Source: Macrostomum lignano (taxonomy: Eukaryota). From it: a stretch of 64,000 bases of DNA. Position 1 is the first letter of the stretch. Each line of letters starts with the position of its first letter. The position numbers and the translations under genes are program-made. The stretch is from NCBI GenBank assembly GCA_002269645.1, contig NIVC01002543.1, forward strand, positions 62,001 through 126,000, in the 5' to 3' direction. The notes beneath the pieces were generated by a model that had not been told where the DNA came from, searched no databases, and was given only the letters and a program-made list of their open reading frames with translations. Shown piece by piece: positions 24,270-36,115 of this stretch.

Positions 24270-27200
24270 CTGCGATGAGGTGCGCCAGGGGGTTGAGAGG
24301 AGTTGAACGCAATGATCTTAACTAGACTGCCTATGCGGGACCAGCTGACACCTCACAGCCTTTAAGCAGCTTAAACAGCCAATCCAGGCCAACACACAGA
24401 CAATCCAGGCCAACACACAGCCAATCCAGCCCAACACACAGACAATCCAGGCCAACACACAGCCAATCCAGGCCAACACAAAGCCAATACAGGCCAACAC
24501 ACAGCCAATTCAGGCCAACACACAGCTAATCCAGGCCAACACACAGACAATCCAGGCCAACACACAGCCAATCCAGGCCAACACACAGCCAATCCAGGCC
24601 AACACACAGCCAATCCAGGCCAACACACAGCCAATCCAGGCCAACACACAGCCAATCCAGGCACAAGAGCTGGAAACCAGTCCGAACGCACCTGGCCACC
24701 TCAGAGCTGTTGGTGCCAGCCTTCATGGACTCAATCTGGGTCTTCAACGAGGAAATTCTCGCTGCCATGTCGCTGTTGAGCAGCAGCACATCCTGGATGC
24801 GGGCTTCCTTCTCCTGCACCATCGCCTCGGAGTTGCTGGCGGCCATGCGCTTCAGCAGCAGCTCCTGGGTGAGCGTCTGCAGCGACTGCCAGGCCGCGGA
24901 AATCTGCGCCTCCAGCGTGGCAATCTTGGAGTCCTCGGCGACCACCTTCGCCTCCTGGTCGCGTCGCAGGGCTTCCAAACGGTCCTCAGCCGAGCCAATT
25001 CGCACCAGAGTCTCCCGGAGCAGCGACACCAGCTGGCTCTTCTTCACTGTGAGGCTCTGCACCCGCTGCTCGAGCTGGCGCACCTGGACCAGGCTGGTCT
25101 CGTAGTCCTCCGCGCTGAACGCCTGGCTGCGCATGGAGTGCAGTCTGTCCAGCTGGTCCTGCAGCCGCTGCACCGTGGCCTTGTAGTGCGACACCATGCG
25201 GCTGCACAGCTCCAGCCTGGAGTTCACCGGCAAACATCCGGGTGGGATTTCAACTGAGTGGGATTCCATTGAGTGGGATTTCACTGTTCAGGATCTAGTT
25301 TTAGTACCGGGTTGTACTGTCTCCCCAAACTAAAATGTTTTTGCAAAGCCAAACAAGAGGCCACAGGCAAGTAAAGTTCTTGGATGAGAGAGCTAGCACT
25401 TCATTCCGCATCATTGAGCAGGTTCCGAAATTTCTGCACTTTACGAGAGGACTGAAAATGTGGAAAATCCCTGATTGTAAAGTTTTGGCTCTCGAAGGAA
25501 AGCATTGAAAATCTTGACATAATGGGTTTATTAGTGGATAAGCTCTGGTTTCGAGTCAAATTCAGATTAGTTGTTAGGTCAGCCAAGGTCATCAACAAGT
25601 CAGTAGGTCAACTGGGGGTCATCAACAAGTCAGTAAATCAACTGAGGGTCATCAACAAGTCAGTAGGTCAACTGGGGTCATCAACAAGTCAGTAGGTCAA
25701 CTGGGGGTCATCAACAAGTCAGTAGGTCAACTGGGGTCATCAACAAGTCAGTAGGTCAACTGGGGTCATCAACAAGTCAGTAGGTCAACTGGGGTCATCA
25801 ACAAGTCAGTAGGTCAACTGGGGTCATCAACAAGTCAGTAGGTCAACTGGGGTCATCAACAAGTCAGAAGGTCAACTGGGGTCATCAACAAGTCAGTAGG
25901 TCAACTGGGGTCATCAACAAGTCAGTAGGTCAACTGGGGTCATCAACAAGTCAGTTAGGTCAACTGGGGGGTCATCAACAAGCCAGCAGATCAGCCTCAC
26001 CGAATCTGCTTGCTCTCGAACTGGTACTGCAGAGTCTCCAGGCTCTCCTGCAGCTGGCTGATGCTGGCGTACACGCTGTAAAGCCAGGCCTCGTACTGGT
26101 GCACCGAGTCCTGCAGGTAGCGCAGAAAGCCCTGCCGGACAGCCAGGCTGCTCCTGGCCGAGTTGCACTCCCGGTAGCACTGCGGGAACAGCAGCTGGAC
26201 GCCTCTGGTGGACAGCAGATAGTAGGAGCTCAGCTCAGCCAGGTTGCCTGGCGTGGAGACAAAGCCGACGGCCTCGGAGTGCAGCGCCGGGTTCCACGTG
26301 GAGCTGAGACTCAAGAAGTAGGCGTTGGTGCCGGTGGGCAGCAGCGAGGCCGCCTCCTTCAGGCTCCGACCGCTGTTTGTGACGCTGTCGGTGATGACCA
26401 CAACGTTGCGGCGGGCATCAGGGCGGCTGACCTGATGCAGCATAGAGGCTGCAGCCGCCACCGCCTCGCCTGTGGCCGTGGCCGAGTCCTCGTCGTAGCG
26501 CAGCAGCAGCAGCCGGCGGAAGAAAACGTCCACAGTCGGACACTCGTCCGGGTTGATGACGCTGAGGACGCGGCCGCTGTAGAAGACGGCGCCGAACTGG
26601 ACAGCTGCGGGCCCGTAGCTAAGCTGGCTGGCCAGGCGGGCCATGAAGGAGGCAACCTGGGAGACGGTGCGATTAGGCGTTGTTCAGTGAGGGTTCGGTG
26701 AGGGACGGCGAGGGATTGGCGAGAAATGACATGAGGGTTCGGCGAGAAATGGCAAGAGGGTTCGGCGAGAAATGACACGAGGGTTCGGCGAGAAATGGCA
26801 AGAGGGCTCGGTGAGAAATGGCAAGAGGGTTCGGCGAGAAATGGCAAGAGGGTTCGGCGAGAAATGGCAAGAGGGTTCGGCGAGAAATGGCAAGAGGGTT
26901 CGGCGAGAAATGGCAAGAGGGTTCGGCGAGAAATGGCAAGAGAGTTCGGCGAGAAATGGCAAGAGAGTTCGGCGAGAAATGGCAAGAGAGTTCGGCGAGA
27001 AATGGCAAGAGAGTTCGGCGAGAAATAGCAAGAGGGTTCGGTGAGAACTGGCACGAGGGTTCGGCAGGAGTCGGCGAGTGTGGGGGTCGAATCTCGCGCA
27101 GATAGACGGAGACCGGTTTCTGGCTTGTTTGCCTTCGTCAGTTAGCAATAGACATACACCGTCCCCTCCCACCAGTATCAGTTTATACAGACATTTCTTA

Positions 27201-30200
27201 TATGGCGGCATCTTGCAGGTTATACAAGAAATTCTACGATTCAAATCTTTATAATTTATCTACTTTTCTTAGTAGTCTATATTGAATCTCTCACGGCGGG
27301 GGTTTGGCACGAGTCAACAAGGGTTAGACAAGAGTCGGTGAGGGTTAGGCGAGAGTCAGTAGAGATTCGGCGAGAGTCGATAGAGATTCGGCGAGAGTCG
27401 ATAGAGATTCGGCGAGAGTCGATAGAGATTCGGCGAGAGTCGGTAGAGATTCGGTGAGAGTCGGTAGAGATTCGGTGAGAGTCGGTAGAGATTCGGCGAG
27501 AGTCGGTAGAGATTCGGCGAGAGTCGGTAGAGATTCGGTGAGAGTCGGTAGAGATTCGGTGAGAGTCAGTAGAGATTCGGTGAGAGTCGGTAGAGATTCG
27601 GCGAGAGTCGGTAGAGATTCGGTGAGAGTCGGTAGAGATTCGGTGAGAGCCGGTAGAGATTCGGTGAGAGTCGGTAGAGATTCGGTGAGAGTCAGTAGAG
27701 ATTAGGCGAGAGTCAGTAGAGATTAGGCGAGAGTCAGTAGAGATTCTTCGAGAGCCGGTGAGGATTAGGGAATGTCGGTAGGGAAATCAAAGCATCAGGT
27801 TCACCTGAAATCTGATCTGAAAAGGCGACTTGGCTCGGTTGGTGTCCACAACAAAGACAATGTAGTTCTGGCCGGGAAAGCAGGCGGCAGCGGTGCCGGT
27901 CCAGTTCTGCTGCCGGCAGGCGTACTGGCAGCCCTCCGTCAGCTGCGGCAGCTCGCCGCGACGGCAGGTGGCCACCGGGGCTGGGCAGAGGCGGTAGCGA
28001 CGGAGGCGGCAGCCACCATCCAGTTGGAGCCACTCGGAGCTGAACTCGACAGGAGACTGGCGCCACGGCTGCACAGGACAGCCCTTTGCGTCCAGCGGAA
28101 TGCGAGTGGATGAACTGGTGGAGCCTGAAGACGAGGTCGAACCAGAAACAGATCCGACAGTTGAAGCAGAGCCGGCAGTTGAAGCAGATCCAGCAGTTGA
28201 AGCAGATCCAGCAGTTGAAGCCGAGCCGGCAGTTGAAGCAGATCCAGCAGTTGAAGCAGATCCAGCAGTTGAAGCAGATCCAGCAGTTGAAGCAGATCCA
28301 GCAGTTGAAGCAGATCCAGCAGTTGAAGCAGATCCAGCAGTTGAAGCAGATCCAGCAGTTGAAGCAGATCCAGCAGTTGAAGCAGAGCCGGCAGTTGAAG
28401 CAGATCCAGCAGTTGAAGCAGATCCAGCAGTTGAAGCAGATCCAGCAGTTGAAGCAGATCCAGCAGTTGAAGCAGATCCAGCAGTTGAAGCAGATCCAGC
28501 AGTTGAAGCAGATCCAGCAGTTGAAGCAGATCCAGCAGTTGAAGCAGAGCCGGCAGTTGAAGCAGATCCAGCAGTTGAAGCAGATCCAGCAGTTGAAGCA
28601 GAGCCGGCAGTTGAAGCAGAGCCGGCAGTTGGAGCAGAGCCAGCAGTTGAAGCAGAGCCGGCAGATGAGGCAGAGCCAGCAGTTGAAGCAGAGCCGGCAG
28701 ATGAGGCAGAGCCAGCAGTTGAAGCAGAGCCGGCAGATGAAGCAGAGCCAGCAGTTGAAGCAGAGCCGGCAGATGAAGCAGAGCCGGCAGATGAAGCAGA
28801 GCCGGCAGTTGAGCCAGAACCAGTAAGACGGCCAGAACCAGCAGTTGAGCCAGAACCAGTAAGACGGCCAGAACCAGCAGTTGAGCCAGAACCAGTAAGA
28901 CGGCCAGAACCAGCAGTTGAGCCAGAACCAGTAAGACGGCCAGAACCAGCAGTTGAGCCAGAACCAGTAAGACGGCCAGAACCAGCAGTTGAGCCGGAAC
29001 CAGCAGGCAAGGAGCCGGCAGCAGTATTAGCAGAGGTTTTAGTGGACGAAAACGAGCTTGAAGACGCAGATGCAGCGGAAGAAGCCGATGAGGAGGATGT
29101 GGAAATGTGGTGGCTCGATTCCATGGCCAGTGCAATCTGTTTGCAGTCAAATTGCTGGCACTGGAGCCACTTGGTTGGCCGGGGCGTCTCGCGGTAGCCG
29201 GCCGGACAGGCTGGACGCTCGGCCGGACAGTCGACGCAGGTGAGGCTGGGGCAGCCGTGAGCGTCAATCACCTGAGTTTAAGTGGGTTGGATGGTGGAGA
29301 GCTTTAGGCGTGGCGGGGGTCTTTTAATAGCGAAGCATTGCTGATTCCAGATTTCCGAGGGAGACACAGGTAGACAGGGAACAGAGAGAGACACAGGTAG
29401 ACAGGGAACAGAGAGAGACACAGGTAGACAGGGAACAGAGAGACACAGGTAGACAGGGAACAGAGAGAGACACAGGTAGACAGGGAACAGAGAGAGACAC
29501 AGGTAGACAGGGAACAGAGAGAGACACAGGTAGACAGGGAACAGAGAGAGACACAGGTAGACAGGGAACAGAGAGACACAGGTAGACAGGGAACAGAGAG
29601 AGACACAGGTAGACAGGGAACAGAGAGAGACACAGGTAGACAGGGAACAGAGAGAGAGACAGACACAGGTAGACAGGGAACAGAGAGAGAGACAGACACA
29701 GGTAGACAGGGAACAGAGAGAGAGACAGACACAGGTAGACAGGGAACAGAGAGAGACACAGGTAGACAGGGAACAGAGAGAGACAGACACAGGTAGACAG
29801 GGAACAGAGAGAGAGACACATGTAGACAGGGAACAGAGAGAGACACAGGTAGACAGGGAACAGAGAGAGACACAGGTAGACAGGGAACAGAGAGAGACAC
29901 AGGTAGACAGGGAACAGAGAGAGACACAGGTAGACAGGGAACAGAGAGAGACACAGGTAGACAGGGAACAGAGAGAGAGAGACAGACACAGGTAGACAGG
30001 GAACAGAGAGAGAGAGAGACAGACACAGGTAGACAGGGAACAGAGAGACACAGGTAGACAGGGAACACAGAGAGACACATGTAGATAGGGAACAGAGAGA
30101 CACAGCAGAGCGGCTCACCTGTTGCACCTGCTGTGAGCCGGCGGTGCAATTCGGCAGGGCGGTCCCGGAGGCAACGCAGGCGGCCGGCAGATCGCGACAG

Positions 30201-32331
30201 CCGGGCGGGCGGCTGCCAGCAGACGGGCAGGGCAGGCAGAACTGAGCGGAGCAGCCGTCAATGCGGAGGCTGGCCAGGTGGAACAGGCCAGGCTGACAGT
30301 CTGCGGCCTCGAAGTCCAGCTGGCCGCGGCGGCTGCAGCCGGGCCTGGCGGCGCAGGCCTCCTGGTCGCGGCAGGGCCGGCAGGTCGCCGTCTTGCAGCC
30401 GTTGGCGTCCAAGCTGAACTCGGCGGTGGTGCCGGGGCTGCACAGCACCAGCGGCTCCGGGCAGGGGCGGCGGCACTCGGCGGGCAGCTGAGCCTCTGAC
30501 GAATTCAGGCGGGCTGCTGAGCGAAGATTTGCATTCTATTGGCTTTTTGTGCGATAACAGTTGCCAATTCACCCTAGAAAGTGCACCTGGCTCTTGCACC
30601 ACGACTCTTGGGAATGTGAATCAGTCCCTGTGAATCAGTCCCTGTGAATCAGTCCCTGTGAATCAGTCCCTGTGAATCAGTCCCTGTGAATCAGTCCCTG
30701 TGAATCAGTCCCTGTGAATCAGGCCCTGTGAATCAGGCCCTGTGAATCAGTCCCTGTGAATCAGTCCCTGTGAATCAGTCCCTGTGAATCAGTCCCTGTG
30801 AATCAGTCCCTGTGAATCAGTCCCTGTGAATCAGTCCCTGTGAATCAGTCCCTGTGAATCAGTCCCTGTGAATCAGTCCCTGTGAATCAGTCCCTGTGAA
30901 TCAGTCCCTGTGAATCAGTCCCTGTGAATCAGTCCCTGTGAATCAGTCCCTGTGAATCAGTCCCTGTGAATCAGTCCCTGTGAATCAGTCCCTGTGAATC
31001 AGTCCCTGTGAATCAGTCCCTGTGAATCAGTCCCTGTGAATCAGTCCCTGTGAATCAGTCCCTGTGAATCAGTCCCTGTGAATCAGTCCCTGTGAATCAG
31101 TCCCTGTGAATCAGTCCCTGTGAATCAGTCCCTGTGAATCAGTCCCTGTGAATCAGTCCCTGTGAATCAGTCCCTGTGAATCAGTCCCTGTGAATCAGTC
31201 CCTGTGAATCAGTCCCTGTGAATCAGTCCCTGTGAACGCACCCGCCATCTCGCAGCTGGCGCACTCCACCTGAAGGCAGCCCCCTTCAGCAGCGGGCGCA
31301 GCTCGGCGGTACTGCCCGGCGGAGCAGGCCACCGCCCAGTCCGGCTGGCTGCCGCAGTCTTCACTCGGTCGGCAGGCCGGCAGGTCGCGGTGTTTGAAGT
31401 CGCAGTCGCGGCAGCTCCACGGCTGGCAGTGTCCGATCGGATTGTCCGCCCTAAACTGACCGGCCGGACAGGACACCGGCAGGGTGTTGTTCGGACAGGG
31501 CTCGCAGATCCAGTGGCAGGTGGCGAGGCCACTGCTGGAGTCCCGCAGCAGCTGCTTGGCGGGCTGGCGGCCAGGCGGGCAGTCGGGCTTGTTTGCCTCT
31601 GTGCAGCCCGGCGCTGGGCAGCCAGGCCGGTCGGCGGTGTCCGGTGTGCAGTCGGCGCACCCGGCCAGCGGACAGCCGGTCTCTGGGTCAGATTCGGTTC
31701 GGACATACTGGCCGGGAGGGCAGACTGGCTCGGACAGTAGCGGACAGGCGGCACAGGAGGACAGCTGGCAGCCGAGAGAGTCGTTGAATCGACGGAGGAA
31801 CTGGCCGGAGCCGCAGGCGGGGGGCTTCGCAGCCTGCGGCGGGCAGCGGCAGCCGTAGCGGAGGCCCATGAGAGCCGGGGCGCAGGGCAGGCAGGCGAGC
31901 GACGAACAGCCGGCATCCTCGGCCTCGCCCAAGAACTGGCCAGCCGGACATTGGCCGGTAAAGTCAGCCGGCGGAGCTATTGGTGGGCAGTCGAGGCCGC
32001 GGCATTCGGACCGGTGGCTGGAGGTCAGGCCGCACGGCTGGCAGGCGTCAGCGGGGCATCCGGCCGGGTCGAAGCTGACCTTGTGAAAGTTGCCGGGCGG
32101 GCAGTTGATGGAGCGGATGGTGGGGCAGCGAATCTCCGGGGGCAGAGGCTGGGAGTCGGCGATGATGGGGAAGCTGGGACTCGGAGGCGGCAGTGTGGTC
32201 GGGGCTTGGCCGGCATGAACTGTGGATGCCGGGAGCAGCTGGGCAGCTGCTGGTTGGGCCAGCTGGCACAGGGCCAGACAGCTAAGCAGAAGGGTGGCAA
32301 CGGCTGGGAGCCGCCGCAGTCTGTGCAACAT
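22643..32331 (-). CDS. Large secreted multidomain protein, ~1913 aa, 6 exons (signal peptide; Cys-rich repeats; mucin-like linker; VWA; coiled coil; two unnamed globular domains; S/T/A/G tail)
   Basis: Exons 32331-31242, 30495-30119, 29271-27805, 26656-26001, 25216-24692, 24269-22643. All introns are GT-AG with phases 1,0,0,2,2; total 5742 nt, open frame. A Cys repeat and the VWA beta-A strand continue across junctions. Confidence 0.88.
24376..24661. repeat. 21-bp intronic minisatellite (CAACACACAGCCAATCCAGGC)n
   Basis: Direct periodicity within intron 5 (24270-24691). Confidence 0.95.
24692..25216 (-). CDS. Secreted protein exon 5: coiled coil
   Basis: Acceptor CTCCAG|G, donor AG|GTGCGT; heptad pattern ([22 protein letters not shown]). 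Confidence 0.88.
25587..25980. repeat. 30-31-bp intronic minisatellite (GGTCATCAACAAGTCAGTAGGTCAACTGGG)n
   Basis: Direct periodicity within intron 4 (25217-26000). Confidence 0.95.
26001..26656 (-). CDS. Secreted protein exon 4: von Willebrand factor A domain and start of coiled coil
   Basis: Acceptor CCTAAT...CTCCCAG|GTT, donor CG|GTGAGG; VQFGAVFYS...TATGEA...[13 protein letters not shown] matches the VWA pattern. Confidence 0.9.
26690..27065. repeat. 23-bp intronic minisatellite (GAGGGTTCGGCGAGAAATGGCAA)n
   Basis: Direct periodicity within intron 3 (26657-27804). Confidence 0.95.
27340..27745. repeat. 21-bp intronic minisatellite (TCGGYGAGAGTCGGTAGAGAT)n
   Basis: Direct periodicity within intron 3; shares TTCGGCGAGA with the neighbouring 23-mer. 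Confidence 0.93.
27805..29271 (-). CDS. Secreted protein exon 3: last Cys repeats, ([12 protein letters not shown])5 and (GSASTA)n linker, sushi-like motif, start of VWA
   Basis: Acceptor AAACTCAG|GTG, donor CAG|GTGAAC; 1467 nt in frame; ends [21 protein letters not shown]. Confidence 0.85.
29360..30102. repeat. ~25-35-bp intronic minisatellite GACACAGGTAGACAGGGAACA(GA)n with variable GA tract
   Basis: Direct periodicity within intron 2 (29272-30118). Confidence 0.95.
30119..30495 (-). CDS. Secreted protein exon 2: Cys-rich repeats
   Basis: Acceptor CTGAATTCGTCAG|AG, donor CAG|GTGAGC; [24 protein letters not shown]. Confidence 0.9.
30615..31236. repeat. 14-bp intronic minisatellite (TGTGAATCAGTCCC)n, ~44 nearly perfect copies
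   Basis: Direct periodicity within intron 1 (30496-31241), starting ~5 nt inside the donor. Confidence 0.97.
31242..32331 (-). CDS. Secreted protein exon 1: signal peptide and Cys-rich repeats
   Basis: [30 protein letters not shown]|Q signal peptide; CxxG..GC-x4-CxxC repeats; donor G|GTGCGT. Confidence 0.9.
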
Positions 32332-33147
32332 GGCTTGCTGAGCTCAGTGTGATAAGTGGGCTTACTATGCAGACTTGACAGTGTCCGATGCCAGCAGTTA
32401 AGTGGCCGTGAGAATCAACCCGAGAGCTTTTCTCTTTATGCTACAAGCTAGGTCTCAGATGCCAGACAAAGGATTTAGCCAAAAGTCTGTTATGAATTTA
32501 ATCAGACCAATCAGAACGCGTAGCGAGCGCGCAGTAGGGGTTCGGCCAGAAAGGCGATGTACTTAAAAACTTTAACCGGGCGTAAGAGATTGATCTGTGT
32601 ACATTGATCTCGGCGCTGAGTCATCTCTGCACGCGTGTATGGCCTTGTTTGTTAACTTGATCTATTTTTAACCAATAAAAGTACACCCGGTACACGCAGA
32701 ATAGCTGCAGCTTGTATTCCACACACAGTGTATGAGAGTGCCTCTTTATGAGGCCTTGAAATTAGTCGAAAAAAACAAAAAAATCAATGCAGTTCAGTAG
32801 AGTTTTGTTAAACATAACATTAATAATTTCACAGGACAGTACAATATTAATAAAATGTTTTTAATATTATAATCACATAGCTATATATTTGACCGTATGA
32901 TAAATCGAAATCAAGATGCTTTAATCGAATATAATCAATTGTCACTGTAGCGTCCCTGCAGGACTAGACACGAGACTGAGGTTGTAGTTTATAATTGTAT
33001 GACTGGGTCTGGTCACTTACTAGTACATGGGTCATCGCAGGTAGACTGCAGGTACAGCAGTTAGGTAGGTATCTGCCTGTTACAAGGTACTGCAATTAAA
33101 TGGTTATAAATAGGTATCTATGGACAGCAATCTGTAAAAAGAAATCT

Positions 33148-34085
33148 GTAAACAGGTATCTATAAACAGGTATCTATAAATAGTATCTATAAGCAGGTAT
33201 CTGTAAACAGTATCTGTAAACAGGTATCTGTAAAAAGGTATCTATAAACAGTATCTGTAAACAGTATCTATAAACAGGTATCTGTAAACAGGTATCTGTA
33301 AACAGGTATCTGTAAACAGTATCTGTAAACAGTATCTATAAACAGGTATCTGTAAACAGTATCTATAAACAGGTATCTGTAAACAGGTATCTGTAAACAG
33401 GTATCTGTAAACAGTATCTGTAAACATTATCTATAAACAGGTATCTGTAAACAGTATCTATAAACAGGTATCTGTAAACAGTATCTGTAAACAGTATCTA
33501 TAAACATATCTATAAACAGTATCTGTAAACAGTATCTATAAACAGGTATCTGTAAACAGTATCTATAAACATATCTATAAACAGGTATCTGTAAACAGGT
33601 ATCTATAAACAGGTATCTGCAAACAGGTATCTAAAAATAGGTTTCTGTAAACAGGTATCTTTAAACAGGTATCTGTAAACAGGTATCTATAAACAGGTAT
33701 CTGTAAACAGTATCTATAAACAGGTATCTGCAAACAGGTATCTAAAAATAGGTTTCTGTAAACAGGTATCTGTAAACAGGTATCTATAAACAGGTATCTG
33801 TAAACAGGTATCTATAAACAGGTATCTGTAAACAGGTATCTATAAACAGGTATCTGTAAACAGTATCTATAAACAGGTATCTGTAAACAGGTATCTATAA
33901 ACAGGTATCTGTAAACAGGTATCTATAAACAGGTATCTGTAAACAGGTATCTATAAACAGGTGTCTGTAAACAGTATCTATAAACAGGTATCTGTAAACA
34001 GGTATCTATAAACAGGTATCTATAAACAGGTATCTGTAAACAGGTATCTATAAACAGTATCTGTAAACAGGTATCTATAAACAGG
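33148..34085. repeat. 13/14-bp minisatellite (GTATCTRTAAACAG)n
   Basis: Direct periodicity in the intergenic region. Confidence 0.95.
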
Positions 34086-35353
34086 TGTCGGTAGGTCTTG
34101 TACGCGTCATTTATTGTGCGAGATACACTTGCGCAACAAAAAAAGATAGAAAAAAATGAATAATTAAAGCTAAGAGAAGAGAATTAGGACACACGGGGAC
34201 AAAAAAGAGGAACGCAAAGGTGTGCAGCGTGGGTCAATAGCGCAATAATTACATTAGTTAGTAATAGTAATTACAAGCGCAAACTACCATAATAATATGA
34301 TTATATGGATAGTAGTAGTATCAATAAAATATAAACATTGCAAAGTTGACTAAGCGCTGTGCTTGACTATCAGAGAGCATTAAAATAATAAAATAAACGC
34401 AGACTTGAGAAAAGTTCGCCCCTCTAAAACGTGACCGACTTTAATGGGACATGTATAATATAATTAGCTAAAAAAACAGAACAAACAATCAAATATATTA
34501 ATCAATTAACAAATAATGACAGCAAGAAAAAAGAGGAGGGTTGCGTAAACAAATTATCTTCTAAAAGAAAAAGGTGAAACAAAAATAGCAAATTAAAAAA
34601 ATGTACTCAAAGATATCTCAGTATCTCGCGTTTTAGATTTGATTTCAAATCGAGAAAAAATAAGAGTAAATTTTAAACACGATAAAAGCAAGGACTACTG
34701 ATAGTAAGCAGGCGCAACAATAAAGAGTTTTGGATTTTGTTTTTTGTAACTACAGGCTGTTTTTTTCGCCCTTCCCCCAAGGCACAGTGAAGTGTACAGG
34801 CCTAAAGATAAATAAAGTTAGGGCCGCTGTACACTCCTGTGTTAGTGTGTGCCTGTGCGTATGACTGCGTAACGTATCCTAACTAAAAAACTACAATGAA
34901 AACCAGTGCCAAAATATTGTTCTCAGCGTTGCGTCCGTGCCTTACTGCTGGTTGGGCCTTGGGATAAAAGCAGCACAGGATGATGGTCCTCAGAATCTCT
35001 TAAGAGATAAGCACGAATAGATTTTTGACAAACTATAAATTGAAATAGAATATACTATATAGCAAGCAGTAATATTATATCCATATTGAATAAAGTGGAG
35101 CGCATGCTTCTGTATTTACAGGGCAATTATATCCAACTATATTTTTCCAGCTGGTTAGTCAGACAACAGACAGACAGGTTTAGTTAACACAATGACTGTA
35201 TTGGGGAGGCAGCCGTATTTTTATAGCAAAAAAAACACTCTTGCCAAGCTGCTAAGCAATGCAGCTGTAGAGAAATGCGCGTGCGTGATTAGCTTATATT
35301 AAATTATATAAGTGAGTTCAGGTGCTCATATTGCACTAGCAATAAAGGGAATG

Positions 35354-36115
35354 TCAGAGAGCTTTAAGCGACACGTAGCTCTGCAGCTGGTTGGGCAGCG
35401 GCAGCTTATTAACCTTGTGCTTCATAGAGTCAGTGTGCCCCAGAGCCCGTTGGATCTCGTTGCGGCACAGCCGTTTCAAAGAGCGCACGTTGCACTCCTC
35501 CCTGTGCAGCCAGTCGGAGAAGTCCTGATCAGCGTAGATGATCTTGTCCGGTATGATCTGGTTCTCCAACAGCCAGCGGGTGAAGGCCTGCAGGTTGAGC
35601 GGGTCGCAGCCGTGCGACAGCAGCAGCTTGACCATGGGGATGTCCAGCTTGGGGAACTTCACGGCCATGTGCAACGGAGCCAAGCCGTCCTTGTCGCAGC
35701 GGTTCACCTGGGCGCCGTGCTTAATGAGCTTGTCGGCGATGGCCAGGTGGCCGTGCAGCACGGCGATGTACAGAGGAGTTTTGCCGTTGCGGTCGGCGGC
35801 GTTCACGTCGGAGCCGTGGCGCAGCAGCAGGTCGACAATGTCGGTGCGGCCGTGATAGGTGGCCACGTACAGCGGGGTCTTCTTGTGCGTGTCCGGCTGG
35901 TCAACGTCAGCCTCGGAGCGGAGCAGAGCCTGCACAATCTCCAGGTGGCCAAAGTAGGCAGCGATGTACATTGGCGATTTCAGCTCCTTGTTGGGCAGGT
36001 GAACATCGGCGCCCTTGGAGAGGAAATAATTGACAAGCTCGACATGGCCGCGGCTGGTTGCCAGGTACAGCGGCGACCGGCCGTACGAGTCCGTGCTATT
36101 GATTGACGCGTTGCC
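35354..36115 (-). CDS. ASB-like exon 3 (ankyrin repeats and SOCS box)
   Basis: Acceptor CCTGTAG|GGC; GRSPLYLA, KKTPLYVA, GKTPLYIA; SOCS box then stop. Confidence 0.93.
   Translation of the reverse strand, partial: GNASINSTDSYGRSPLYLATSRGHVELVNYFLSKGADVHLPNKELKSPMYIAAYFGHLEIVQALLRSEADVDQPDTHKKTPLYVATYHGRTDIVDLLLRHGSDVNAADRNGKTPLYIAVLHGHLAIADKLIKHGAQVNRCDKDGLAPLHMAVKFPKLDIPMVKLLLSHGCDPLNLQAFTRWLLENQIIPDKIIYADQDFSDWLHREECNVRSLKRLCRNEIQRALGHTDSMKHKVNKLPLPNQLQSYVSLKAL

Noticed and set aside
22632-29197. Plus-strand acidic ORFs (EAEPDV)n and (VEADPA)n, and other alternative frames
   Set aside because: Antisense shadows of the repeat-coding exons of the minus-strand secreted gene, which has splice-phase support.
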